A DNA stretch of 62,815 nt, counting the filler. It is 4 parts of 4 records of this genome, joined end to end, with 100 filler letters (N's around TTAATTAATTAA, not from the genome) between each part and the next. Parts side by side here need not be neighbours in the genome. Positions count along the whole stretch, not along the records: positions 22,921 to 39,866 come from DRR378314_1977; positions 39,967 to 56,637 come from DRR378314_1985; 2 more parts are not named here. One strand, written 5' to 3'. The notes below the pieces were generated by a model. The model made no database searches, was not told the DNA's origin, and was given only the letters and a program-made list of their open reading frames with translations. The translations under genes and the position numbers were made by a program. This document shows, piece by piece, positions 36,905 through 46,653 of the stretch. The stretch's first letter is position 1; every line of letters starts with the position of its first letter.

Positions 36905-39850
36905 TTAGGCGTTGGGGTCGACGGTGATTATCACTCGCACGGAATCAAGCCGTAAGCGAGTGTTTTCTATCGCGTCGCTGAGCGCTTGGCGCTCTTGCTT
37001 CAGCGCCTCAAGCTCTTCACTACGAACCGCTGGGTTGTGCTCTGCCAGGGCGGTCAAGCGGGCTAGTTCGGCATCTAACTGAGCTCGCATGCGTGTTTCA
37101 GCACTTTCTACGATGCTGGGCAGTTCACGTTCGGCTTCACCTTCCCCCTGAATGAGAAGCGCACGCAGCTGGTCATGGCGGCTCTTGATCAAATCTCGTG
37201 CCAGTGATTTGTTCACTTTCTGTAGATTCTTGCCAAGACCAGTGAAGGAGATCTTGCTGGTTAGGTTTGCGCCCGATTCATCAAGCAGGACGCGCACTGC
37301 CGTGGGCGGCAGGAAGCGGTTGATGTGCAGCGATTTAGGTGCAGGGCACTGGGTGCGGAACACCAGTTCAGCCATTAAACGGCCGCTGGGAATGGCGGGA
37401 TGGCGTAATAGCGCCAACGCGGTGTTACCCATTGTGCCATCTAGAATGCGCTCCATCATTTCGCGCAGCAGCGGGTGTTCCCAAGAGAGTCGCTGAATAT
37501 CGTCTCGTGCAAGTGCCAGCGAACGGCTGTAAGTAGCCGAGAAGCCCTCTTCACCTTTCACTAGCCCGGGGAGCCCATCCAGCATGTGTTGGCTAGGCTG
37601 TAAATAAAGCAAGCCATTGCCAATCTCTTGACTGTCTACGCCAAAAATATCCAGGGCGCGCTCTACAAAACGCGGCAACGCCGGGTCTTCATCCAACTCA
37701 CGCACCGCATCAATTACCTGCTGAGCACGGGCAGGGCGGCAGGCGTTTAGCTCTAGCAGTCGGTTACGGCCAGCGTCCCGCTCAGCCAATTTGGCGGTGA
37801 ACATTTCACGGGTTTCATCGATGATCTCATTGAGCATTTCGTCATCGAGTAACGCATCGGCCAGAGCATCGCCAAACGCATCAAAGAGGTCGCTGCCAAT
37901 GCCGTGAGGCGCGCTAAAAGCATCCATGCCTTCGTGGTACCAGCGCAGCAGGCGCTCGCCTGGGCTGCCAGTGAAGGTGGGGGCATGGAGTTCAATGGCG
38001 TGGCGCTGACCTATCCGGTCGAGGCGGCCGATACGCTGCTCCAGCTGGTCGGGATGCTGGGGCATATCAAACATCACCAAGTGGCGGCAGAACTGAAAGT
38101 TGCGGCCTTCTGAGCCAATTTCAGAGCACACCAGCACTTGGCAACCGTCTTCTTCATCGGCAAATGCCGCCGCGGCCCGGTCACGCTCCACCAGCGATAG
38201 CCCTTCGTGGAACACCGGTGCGTGATAGCCGCCTAGTACGCGCAGCCCTTCGGCAAGTCCTTCAGCGGTTTCTCTGTGGTGAGCAATAATCAGCACTTTG
38301 TCGTTGGCAAAGCCGCTATCGCTGTCGTCGCTAAGTTTTTCCAGCAGCCAGTTTACCCGTGGGTCGATATGCCACCAGGATTCGGTGTTAAGCGGATCAT
38401 TGCTGAGCTCGCGATACATGGTATCTGGATAGATCAACACGTCGGGATGATCCATGCCCGTTTCAATCAGCAACTCATCCAGATAGTCATCATCGCGTTC
38501 TAAGCGACGTAGCACGCGCCGATAGGCCGATGGGAGTTCCAATTGAGCCAGGTGTAGGCGACGTTCTGGGAATCCACCTACATGACGGCGGCTGTTGCGG
38601 AACATGACGCGCCCGGTACCGTGACGATCCAGTAGAGCATCGCGTAACTGAGCGCGAGCAGCATCCTGCTGTTCGGTGCTTGCTTCAGGGTTGCATAACG
38701 TTGCTAGCAGCGCCTGACTGTCGCGGTCGTCCGCGACATTATCGACCCGTTCACGTGCCTCGGCGGTATTGGGTAGCTCATCCAAGGCATCAATGGCTTG
38801 AGCAACAGCGATGTAATGATGCTCTTCGTCTTTAAAGCGTTCGATATCGTGGTAACGCTCGGCATCTAGCAAGCGCAGGCGAGCAAAATGGCTCTCCACC
38901 CCCATCTGCTCTGGCGTAGCCGTCAGCAGCAATAAGCCAGGAATATCAGCAGCAAGCTGCTCAACGCACTGATAGCCTGGACCGCTGCCATCAGGGCTCC
39001 AGTCGAGATGGTGGGCTTCATCGACGATCAGCAGGTCAAAGTGGCTCGCCAGGGCCTGTTCTTGACGGTGTGTGTTGGCGAACAGCCAACCTTGACTGGC
39101 CAGTACTATTTGAGCGCTTTCAAATGGGTTAGCGCTACCGTGGGCGAGACTTTGCTGCTCATCTAGCAAGCTGACCTTAAGTGAGAAACGGCGTAAAAGC
39201 TCTACTAGCCATTGGTGGGTAAGGCTGTCAGGCACCAAAATTAATGCGCGTTCTACTCGGCCAGCCAGGAGGAGGCGGTGCAGAACCAACCCAGCCTCGA
39301 TCGTTTTACCCAGCCCAACTTCGTCCGCAAGCAAGACACGCGGCGCATGGCGGCCTGCCACTTCGTCAGCGATATAAAGCTGGTGGGGAATCAGATCGAT
39401 ACGCGGCCCAGCAAAGCCCAGGGCACTGTGCTGTTCGATGCGCTGATAGTGGTGCAGCGTGCGAAAGCGCAGATCGAACCAATCATTGCGATCAACCTGG
39501 CCAGTCAGCAGCCGATCGCGCGCCTGATCAAACTGCATGGTATCGGCAAGCTTTGCCTCGGATAGCTCACGAGGATTGCCGTCGCTATCTTCGCCAATAT
39601 AAGTGATTAAGCCGCTGGTCTCTTTGCTATCGTCTACGATCATCTGCCAGCCATCAGCAGAAATCACGCGGTCGCCACCGCCGAACATGACGCGAGTTAA
39701 GGGGGCTTGGCGAGTGTTGTACGTACGGGTTTCCTGGCTGGCACTGAACAAAATGGTAACGCTACGGGCGTCGCAGTTAAGCACGGTGCCGAGTCCAAGC
39801 TCAGCCTCGCCGTCGCTAATCCAACGCTGGCCGGGAGAAAAATCGCTCAT
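36905..39850 (-). CDS. rapA: RNA polymerase-associated SWI2/SNF2 ATPase
   Basis: GQRWISDGEAELGLG, LLADEVGLGKT, DEAHH, TATPEQ, SEGRNFQF, EQRIGRLDRIGQ. Confidence 0.97.
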   Translation of the reverse strand: MSDFSPGQRWISDGEAELGLGTVLNCDARSVTILFSASQETRTYNTRQAPLTRVMFGGGDRVISADGWQMIVDDSKETSGLITYIGEDSDGNPRELSEAKLADTMQFDQARDRLLTGQVDRNDWFDLRFRTLHHYQRIEQHSALGFAGPRIDLIPHQLYIADEVAGRHAPRVLLADEVGLGKTIEAGLVLHRLLLAGRVERALILVPDSLTHQWLVELLRRFSLKVSLLDEQQSLAHGSANPFESAQIVLASQGWLFANTHRQEQALASHFDLLIVDEAHHLDWSPDGSGPGYQCVEQLAADIPGLLLLTATPEQMGVESHFARLRLLDAERYHDIERFKDEEHHYIAVAQAIDALDELPNTAEARERVDNVADDRDSQALLATLCNPEASTEQQDAARAQLRDALLDRHGTGRVMFRNSRRHVGGFPERRLHLAQLELPSAYRRVLRRLERDDDYLDELLIETGMDHPDVLIYPDTMYRELSNDPLNTESWWHIDPRVNWLLEKLSDDSDSGFANDKVLIIAHHRETAEGLAEGLRVLGGYHAPVFHEGLSLVERDRAAAAFADEEDGCQVLVCSEIGSEGRNFQFCRHLVMFDMPQHPDQLEQRIGRLDRIGQRHAIELHAPTFTGSPGERLLRWYHEGMDAFSAPHGIGSDLFDAFGDALADALLDDEMLNEIIDETREMFTAKLAERDAGRNRLLELNACRPARAQQVIDAVRELDEDPALPRFVERALDIFGVDSQEIGNGLLYLQPSQHMLDGLPGLVKGEEGFSATYSRSLALARDDIQRLSWEHPLLREMMERILDGTMGNTALALLRHPAIPSGRLMAELVFRTQCPAPKSLHINRFLPPTAVRVLLDESGANLTSKISFTGLGKNLQKVNKSLARDLIKSRHDQLRALLIQGEGEAERELPSIVESAETRMRAQLDAELARLTALAEHNPAVRSEELEALKQERQALSDAIENTRLRLDSVRVIITVDPNA

Positions 39851-39866
39851 GATGCCTCGAGGAAGT

Positions 39867-39966
39867 NNNNNNNNNNNNNNNNNNNNNNNNNNNNNNNNNN
39901 NNNNNNNNNNTTAATTAATTAANNNNNNNNNNNNNNNNNNNNNNNNNNNNNNNNNNNNNNNNNNNN
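39867..39966. other. artificial contig linker
   Basis: 44 N + TTAATTAATTAA + 44 N. Confidence 0.99.
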
Positions 39967-40452
39967 GCAGGCCTCGCAGTTGTCGCCGTACTGGTCGGCG
40001 GTCTTGCACTTGGGGCAGGTGCCGCGCACGAACCGGTCGGCCAGGAACATGCCTTTTTCCGGGTCGTAGAGCTGGGTGATGGTCTTTTCCAGGATGTAAC
40101 CGGCGTCCTTGTTGCGCTGGAAAATCATTTCCGAGAGCGCTTTGTTCTCCGGGCTGTGGGTGCTGTAGTAATTGTCGAAGCGGATCTGGAAAGCGGCGAA
40201 GTCGCGCTCGTGCTCGGCCTTCACCTGCTCGATCTGCTGCTCCGGCGTGATGCCTTTCTCTTCCGCCTTGAGCATGATGGCGGTGCCGTGGGCGTCATCG
40301 GCGCAAACGTACAGGCACTGCTCGCCGCGCAGCTTCTGAAAGCGCACCCAGATGTCGGTCTGGATGTATTCCAGAAGGTGGCCCAGATGGATCGGGCCGT
40401 TGGCGTAGGGCAGGGCGCTGGTGACCAGTATCTTGCGGGGTGCTTCGCTCAT
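39967..40452 (-). CDS. metG: methionine--tRNA ligase, 5' fragment
   Basis: [15 protein letters not shown] (HIGH-type motif), DDAHGT, CPKC...GDNCEAC knuckle; cut by contig end. Confidence 0.97.
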
Positions 40453-40525
40453 GGAGAACTTCAACGTCGGCAGAAAAACGAACCGACATGATACTGGCCC
40501 GCGCCGGCCATTTCATCCGTCGCGA

Positions 40526-43354
40526 TCAGTCGCCGCCGGCGGACAGCGCCCGGTTGCGCTGCAGCGCCTCCAACACCTGGGAGCGGGACACCGGCTTGCT
40601 GAGGTAATCGTCGACGCCGGCGTCGCGGGCCTTTTGCACGTAATCGCCGGCGGCGTGGGCGGACAGGGCGATGATCCAGCAGGGGTCCACGTCCCGGCTC
40701 TGCTCGAACAGACGGATCTCGCGGGTGGACTGGTAGCCGTCCATCACCGGCATTTCGCAATCCATGAAGATCACGTCCCAGTTGCCGGGGCGCTCGCTGA
40801 CCCGGCGCAGGGCCTGGGCGCCGTCGTTGAGCAGCGTGGCGTGGATGCCGATGGAGCGCAGGATGCTGTCGATCACCAGCTGGTTGACGGCGTTGTCTTC
40901 CACCACCATCACGTTCAGACGGCGCAGGCCGGGATGCTCCGAGGCGCCGCTGGGGGCGCTGTCGGCGGGCTCGGCCTGGTCCAGGCGCTCCTGCAGCTGG
41001 GTGGAAAGCGTGTGCTTGAGCGCCCGCGAGGACACCGGCGTCTCCACCAGCAGCATGTCGCCGGGCAGCTCGCCGGTGATTTCCGCGCCGGTGGCCTGGA
41101 GAATCAGCAGGGGCGGGTCACCCAGCCGGTTGCGGATATGGATCAGTTCGCCGCGCCGGGCCAGGTTGGCCTCCGACGCCAGCAGAATGTCCGCCCGGAG
41201 GGTGTCCGCGCTGAGGCCCGCCAGGGCCTGCTCGCAGTCGGCGAACTCGATCACGCCGAGCCCCCAGCGGGCCATCAGCTGAGACAGGCTCAACGACAGC
41301 GAGGCGTTCTCGTTGATCATCATCACCTGGTGGCCGGCGAGCGGGTTTTTCTCGCGGCTGGGGGCGCCGACCCGGGTCGGCAGGGTGATCCAGAAGGTGG
41401 CGCCGCGCCCCAGTGAGCTGGACACGCCGATCTCCCCACCCAGCAACTCGGTGAGCCGTTTGCAGATGGTCAGGCCCAGCCCGGCCCCCTGCGACTTGTG
41501 GCGGCTGCCGCGGGCGCCCTGGCTGAACACCTGGAACAGGTTCTGCTGCTGGGCCTCGTCCAGGCCGATGCCGGTGTCGACCACTTCCAGCATCATCACG
41601 CACTGTCCCTGGTCGTCGGGGGGCTGGCGCACGCTCAAGTGCAAGGCCACCTGGCCCTGGTCGGTGAACTTGTAGGCGTTGCTGAGCAGGTTAGTGAGCA
41701 CCTGTTTCACGCGGATCGGGTCGGTATGGATGCGCTGGGGCACGCGGGAATCGATGAAGGTGTAAAGCGGCACCCGGGTCTCCGACGCCCGCAGCGAGAA
41801 CAGCCGCACGCAGTCGTCCACCAGGTGCTCCACGTCCACTTCCTGATACTCCAGCTCCAGCTTGCCGGATTCGATCCGTGAGTAATCCAGGATGTCGTTG
41901 ATCACCGTCACCAGCGACTGGGTGGACTGGTAGATGGTGTCCACGTATTGCGCCTGCTGGCCGCTGAGCGTGGTGCGCCGCAGCAGGTCGGTCATGCCGA
42001 TGATGCCGTTCATCGGCGTGCGGATTTCGTGGCTCATGGTGGCCAGGAACTCGCTTTTCGCCTGGTTGCGCGCGCCGGCCTTGAAGGCGTCCATCTCGGC
42101 CACCGCCTTGTCGCGCACGGACAGCGCATGGGCTTCCTTGAGGCGGTTGATGCGCCGGGCCAGGGCCAGTGACAGCAGCACCACCTCCAGGAACACGCCC
42201 ACCTGCAGCAGGTTTTCGGTGAAGCCGTTGCGCGGCACGATGCCGTACTTGTTCAGCGACATGGCGGCGGCGCCGACCAGAAAGCACAGCCAGGCCAGGG
42301 TGAACACCCGCGCGTCCGGGTCGCCGGCCTGGGTGCGCAGCAGGCCGATCAGCAGAATGCTTAAATCCATCGCCAGGATCGCCAGCACCGCCACCGGAAT
42401 CAGCAGCTCCCGGCTTACGAACGGCGCCGCCAGCAGCAGGGCCACGCCCAGGCCCACCAGGCCTCTGAGCAGCCGCGCCAGCGGGGGGGAGCGTTCCGGC
42501 AGGTCGAGAAAGTGCAAGGTGAACAGGGACGGCAGAATCACCAGCAGCGGCAGCAGGTAATGCAGAATGTACTGGCTGATCAGCGCCGAGCCGGGCCACA
42601 GATACTTCTGCGCATAGCCGTGCAGGACCGCCATGAACAGGGTGATCGCCAGCGACCAGCACACGTACAGCAGATAGGCCTTTTCCCGGATCGAGAAAAA
42701 CAGCGACAGGTTGTAGAGAATCATCACCAGCATGCCGCCGAAGAACAAACCCTGAACCAGCGTGTGGGCCAGCGTGGCGGACTGGAACGCGGGGTTGCTC
42801 ATCAACTCCAGAGGCAGTTGAATGCTGTGTGGGGACACCACCTTCAGATACAGCTCCCGCTGCTCGCCGGGGGGCAGGTTCAGTGGGAAAGAAGGCGTCG
42901 CTTCGGCGCTGGCCCGCTCGTTGAAGGCGCTGTCCATGCCGGCGCTGAAGTGCGCCAGGCGCTCGCCGTCGGAGGTTAGGACATAGGTGTCCAGCTGCCC
43001 CAGCAGGGCGTAGTTCACCACCAGGCGCCATTCGTTCTCGGCGTTGTCCTGGTTACGCACGGTCAAATGGAACCAGCAGTGATCGGCGGTGAACCCCAGG
43101 TTGGCCATCTCGTTGCCGGTGGCCCGCCAGGGCCAGGCCTCGGGGTTGCCGAACAGCTGCTCCGGCGCCGGTGATTCGGCCGCCGGGCTACAAAAATAAC
43201 GAACCGCCGGATACGGTTTCAGGGTTTCGGTTTGTGAGGTCAACACCGCGGCATCGTCGCCGCGGGCCGGGCCGGCGGCGGCGCCGAGCAGCAGGACCAG
43301 AGCGGCGAACCGCAAGGTGTGAGATACCGCATCTTGCAACAAAATAACCGCCAC
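40526..43354 (-). CDS. 7TM-DISM hybrid sensor histidine kinase (RetS/LadS-like)
   Basis: Signal peptide, DISMED2-like periplasmic domain, about 7 TMs, [15 protein letters not shown], HATPase (DTGIG, GAGLGL), degenerate REC, then REC with [10 protein letters not shown]. Confidence 0.92.
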   Translation of the reverse strand: MAVILLQDAVSHTLRFAALVLLLGAAAGPARGDDAAVLTSQTETLKPYPAVRYFCSPAAESPAPEQLFGNPEAWPWRATGNEMANLGFTADHCWFHLTVRNQDNAENEWRLVVNYALLGQLDTYVLTSDGERLAHFSAGMDSAFNERASAEATPSFPLNLPPGEQRELYLKVVSPHSIQLPLELMSNPAFQSATLAHTLVQGLFFGGMLVMILYNLSLFFSIREKAYLLYVCWSLAITLFMAVLHGYAQKYLWPGSALISQYILHYLLPLLVILPSLFTLHFLDLPERSPPLARLLRGLVGLGVALLLAAPFVSRELLIPVAVLAILAMDLSILLIGLLRTQAGDPDARVFTLAWLCFLVGAAAMSLNKYGIVPRNGFTENLLQVGVFLEVVLLSLALARRINRLKEAHALSVRDKAVAEMDAFKAGARNQAKSEFLATMSHEIRTPMNGIIGMTDLLRRTTLSGQQAQYVDTIYQSTQSLVTVINDILDYSRIESGKLELEYQEVDVEHLVDDCVRLFSLRASETRVPLYTFIDSRVPQRIHTDPIRVKQVLTNLLSNAYKFTDQGQVALHLSVRQPPDDQGQCVMMLEVVDTGIGLDEAQQQNLFQVFSQGARGSRHKSQGAGLGLTICKRLTELLGGEIGVSSSLGRGATFWITLPTRVGAPSREKNPLAGHQVMMINENASLSLSLSQLMARWGLGVIEFADCEQALAGLSADTLRADILLASEANLARRGELIHIRNRLGDPPLLILQATGAEITGELPGDMLLVETPVSSRALKHTLSTQLQERLDQAEPADSAPSGASEHPGLRRLNVMVVEDNAVNQLVIDSILRSIGIHATLLNDGAQALRRVSERPGNWDVIFMDCEMPVMDGYQSTREIRLFEQSRDVDPCWIIALSAHAAGDYVQKARDAGVDDYLSKPVSRSQVLEALQRNRALSAGGD

Positions 43355-43442
43355 CCCGCTAAGTAATCTTTCTGGATGCTAGCAGTGCTTAAGAGGTGGC
43401 TCAATCAGTGACGTATCCGCGCTCTTTCGGGGGGAACACTAA

Positions 43443-44861
43443 ATGCAGAGCAGGGTAGAGCCGTTTGTCGTCGGTCCGATCGTGGGCACCGCCGGTCAAA
43501 CCAGCATTCGTATTCTCGGCGTGATGCCCGCCGGAACCTTGAAGGCCGGCCAGAAGGCGCCGCACGGTCGCATACGCTGGCGGCTGGAAGGCGAAACGCG
43601 CTGGCGCGGGCCGAGGCATTTCCGCATCAACGGTAACTTTGACAGCAGCGGCGTGGTGGTGCTGAAGGACCTGGAGCCGGGGCGGCGCTATCAGTTCCAG
43701 GCCGGCGCGGTGGCGGCGGCGGACAGCGAGGACAAGGCACTGGACTGGGGCCACGTCAACACCGGCCACTTCCGCACCGCGCCGGCCTCGCCCCGGGCGC
43801 CGGTGAGCTTCCTGTTCGGTTCCTGCTGTTACCGCTTCGTGGGGCTCGACCACGAGGTGGAGGACGGTCGGGCCGACCGCATCTTCTCCCGCATGGCGGA
43901 CAACGCCGCCGCCAGCCCCACGGATTTCGTCCTCTACGGCGGCGACCAGGTGTACGCCGATTCCACCTGGAAAGTGGCGGCGGCTTCCTCCCAGCGGGAG
44001 TATTTCGACCTCTACCGCCAGAGTTTCGGCCAGCCCAACATCCGCCGGCTGATGGCCAACTACAACCACCACATGATCCTCGACGACCACGAAATCGAGA
44101 ATAACTGGCCGGCGCGCGCCAATCCGGATCTGTGGACCAGCAAATACCCGGCCGCCATGAAGGCCTACCAGATCTACCAGGCCTCGCACTCCCCGGCGGT
44201 GCCGCTGAACGCGGAAGGCACCCGCCTGGAGCGCGACCCGGACGCGCTCTGGTACCGCTTTCGCTGGGGCTGCGCGGACTTCTTCCTGATGGATCTGCGC
44301 ACCGAGCGCGTGCTCAGCCGCTGGCCCTGGCAACGCAAAATCATGTCCCGGGCCCAGGAGGACGCGGTGGTGGCCTGGCTCGAGGACGAGCCGGACCGGG
44401 TCAAATGCCTGGTGTCCTCGGTGCCGCTGTTTCCCGAGCAGCGCTGGCCGTTCCGCGGGCAGGACAGCTGGGAAGGCTTCGCCGCCCAGCGCCAGCGGCT
44501 GGTGGACGCCATCCACGACAGCGGCTGTCGGCGATTACTGATGCTCAGCGGCGACGTGCACGCCTCCCTGTACGCCCGCCTGGACCGGCGCGGACGGAAC
44601 CCGATACACGGCTGGATCTGCTCCGGCCTGTTCTGGCCCACCGCGTTGATGGCGTTCCGCTGGTACCGGCCGATGATCCGTGACCACCACACCCTGCGCG
44701 GCCTCTGGAAGCCGTCCCTGGGCCGGGTCACGGTGCCCGGCGAGGTCTACAGCCGGGACGCCTTCTCCCGCGTCAGCGTCGACGAAAACGGCGCCACCCT
44801 GGCGCTGTTCGACCGCGACGGCAACCCGGTCCCCGACATCGGTACCGAGATCAGGTGGTAA
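43443..44861 (+). CDS. alkaline phosphatase D (PhoD)-like metallophosphoesterase
   Basis: FGSCC, GGDQVYAD, DDHEIENNW, DLRTER, SGDVH. Confidence 0.87.
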   Translation: MQSRVEPFVVGPIVGTAGQTSIRILGVMPAGTLKAGQKAPHGRIRWRLEGETRWRGPRHFRINGNFDSSGVVVLKDLEPGRRYQFQAGAVAAADSEDKALDWGHVNTGHFRTAPASPRAPVSFLFGSCCYRFVGLDHEVEDGRADRIFSRMADNAAASPTDFVLYGGDQVYADSTWKVAAASSQREYFDLYRQSFGQPNIRRLMANYNHHMILDDHEIENNWPARANPDLWTSKYPAAMKAYQIYQASHSPAVPLNAEGTRLERDPDALWYRFRWGCADFFLMDLRTERVLSRWPWQRKIMSRAQEDAVVAWLEDEPDRVKCLVSSVPLFPEQRWPFRGQDSWEGFAAQRQRLVDAIHDSGCRRLLMLSGDVHASLYARLDRRGRNPIHGWICSGLFWPTALMAFRWYRPMIRDHHTLRGLWKPSLGRVTVPGEVYSRDAFSRVSVDENGATLALFDRDGNPVPDIGTEIRW

Positions 44862-44948
44862 TAACGTCGCCGACAATGAGCAAATCTCTTACACGGATTG
44901 ACGGCGATGGATTATAGGTAAGAGCCGGCGGGGCTCTTATATTGGATC

Positions 44949-45023
44949 GGGCAAGGACGCGAAAGAACACGGACGTTCCTTTCGGTACAGACGCCCGTCC
45001 TCCCCAGGCGGGCGCTCTTTTTT
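44949..45023 (+). ncRNA. candidate Rsm/Csr-family (CsrA-sequestering) small RNA
   Basis: GC-AAGGAC-GC and CGAAAGAAC-ACGGAC-GTTCCTTTCG hairpins with ANGGA loops, rho-independent terminator, TATATT -10 at 44938-44943; 5' end inferred. Confidence 0.6.
44992..45023 (+). terminator. rho-independent terminator
   Basis: CGCCCGTCCT-CCCC-AGGCGGGCG followed by CTCTTTTTT. Confidence 0.85.
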
Positions 45024-45133
45024 CCCTCTCTTCAGTTCCGCTCCCACAAGCGCTCCCTTGCGTTACGAACGTCGTGGGCGATAATGGCGCCGCCCGGTCG
45101 CCAGCCGCGCCGGGGCCACCAACAGGAGACGTC

Positions 45134-45445
45134 ATGGCCGACCCCACCGACAGCGACATTCTCAGAGCCAAACTCAACCAGGAAACCGCCAAGGCGGACT
45201 GGAAAGAGCTGCAGCCGTTCTTTGCCCGCGGCCAGACCGTGGCCGTGGCCGGCGACCTGGATCTGATCGAAGTGGCCGTGGCGTTCGCCGAAGACCGGAC
45301 CGAGCAGCTCAAGCCGTGGCGTGACCAGGGCCGCGTGGGCGGCGTCACCGACGACCAGGCACGGGCCTGGTTCGAGTCCGACCAGGCGCTGTGGACCGTG
45401 GTGGTGATGCCCTGGGTGCTGGTGCAGCCGGTGCGGCCCCACTGA
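45134..45445 (+). CDS. DUF2288-family protein
   Basis: AGGAG RBS; LRAKLNQETAKADWKELQPFFARG...WTVVVMPWVLVQ. Confidence 0.85.
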   Translation: MADPTDSDILRAKLNQETAKADWKELQPFFARGQTVAVAGDLDLIEVAVAFAEDRTEQLKPWRDQGRVGGVTDDQARAWFESDQALWTVVVMPWVLVQPVRPH

Positions 45446-45469
45446 TTCGTCCGTTTTGCCAATCCGCTG

Positions 45470-45517
45470 TTGCGGTTCCCCGGTGGGCTGCCCATAATAC
45501 TGTCCATATGATCAGTA
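45470..45517 (+). promoter_or_regulatory. sigma70 promoter with adjacent LexA (SOS) box
   Basis: TTGCGG(45470)-17 nt-CATAAT(45493); taCTGTccatatgatCAGta (CTG-N10-CAG) at 45498-45517. Confidence 0.8.
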
Positions 45518-45529
45518 TTTGGAGGCAGC

Positions 45530-46576
45530 ATGGCCACCAGCGCATCCAACCGCGGCACCCTCAGCCGGCACCCCGGCCGCTTTCAGGTCACCACCGTGGT
45601 CAGCGACGAGGCGGACACCGCCCGGCCCACCCGCTACCACCGGGAGCAGGCCAGGTCGATCATTACCCACAACCAGAGCCCGGACCTGCACTTCGACAGC
45701 AGCATCAACCCCTACCGGGGCTGTGAGCACGGCTGTATCTACTGTTTCGCCCGCCCCAACCACGCCTATGTGGACCTCTCTCCGGGGCAGGACTTCGAGG
45801 CCGAGATTTTCTGTAAGGACAACGCCGCCGAGGTGCTGCGCGACACCCTGCGCAAACCGGGCTATCGCTGCCGGCCGCTGGTGATCGGCACCGCCACCGA
45901 TCCCTACCAGCCGGTGGAGCGCGAGCGGCTTATAACCCGGGAGATTCTGCAGGTGCTGGCGGAATGCCGGCACCCCTTCAGCCTGATCACCAAAAGCGCG
46001 CTGGTGCTGCGCGATCTGGACCTGATCGCGCCGATGGCCGTCGAGGGCCGGGCCTCGGTGGCGGTGTCGGTGACCACCCTGGACAACCGCCTCAAGAACC
46101 AGCTGGAGCCGCGTGCCAGCGGCGGTCGTGAGCGCCTGAAAACGGTGCGCGAGCTGGCCCGCGCCGGGGTGCCGGTGACCGTGCTGGTGGCGCCGTTGAT
46201 TCCGTTTATCAACGATCAGGAATTGGAGGATATCGTCGAGCAGGTGGCGGCGGCCGGCGCCCGCAGTGCCGGCTATGTGGCCCTGCGCCTGCCCCATGAA
46301 GTGGGGCCGCTGTGGGAGGAATGGCTGCAGCGGCATTATCCGGAGCGGGCCGAACGGGTGATGTCGGCGCTGAAGGAAATGCACGGCGGCGCCAGCTACG
46401 ACAGCCGCTGGCACCACCGGCAGCGCGGCCAGGGGCCGATGGCGGAACTGCTGGCGCGCCGTTTCCAGGTGGCCTGCCAGCGCCACGGCCTGGCGCCCCG
46501 GGAAAGTTTCACCCTGGACAGCAGCGCGTTCCGGCCGCCCGGCCTGGCCGGCCAGATGCACCTCTGGGAGGCCTGA
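45530..46576 (+). CDS. PA0069-family radical SAM protein (spore photoproduct lyase-related)
   Basis: SINPYRGCEHGCIYCFARP (CxxxCxxC), TATDPYQPVE. Confidence 0.92.
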   Translation: MATSASNRGTLSRHPGRFQVTTVVSDEADTARPTRYHREQARSIITHNQSPDLHFDSSINPYRGCEHGCIYCFARPNHAYVDLSPGQDFEAEIFCKDNAAEVLRDTLRKPGYRCRPLVIGTATDPYQPVERERLITREILQVLAECRHPFSLITKSALVLRDLDLIAPMAVEGRASVAVSVTTLDNRLKNQLEPRASGGRERLKTVRELARAGVPVTVLVAPLIPFINDQELEDIVEQVAAAGARSAGYVALRLPHEVGPLWEEWLQRHYPERAERVMSALKEMHGGASYDSRWHHRQRGQGPMAELLARRFQVACQRHGLAPRESFTLDSSAFRPPGLAGQMHLWEA

Positions 46577-46653
46577 TCGCGCCCGCGTTTACAGGGGAGT
46601 CGGGATCGGCCACATTGTGGCTCCGGTTTAACCGCACAAAGGAATCAACGCCG

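Noticed and set aside
36905-39850. SNF2 helicase as an anti-phage defence gene
   Set aside because: Full-length housekeeping RapA with its typical N-terminus; no defence partners adjacent
44942-45133. N-terminal extension of the DUF2288 ORF
   Set aside because: It spans a terminator; the likely start is ATG 45134 after AGGAG
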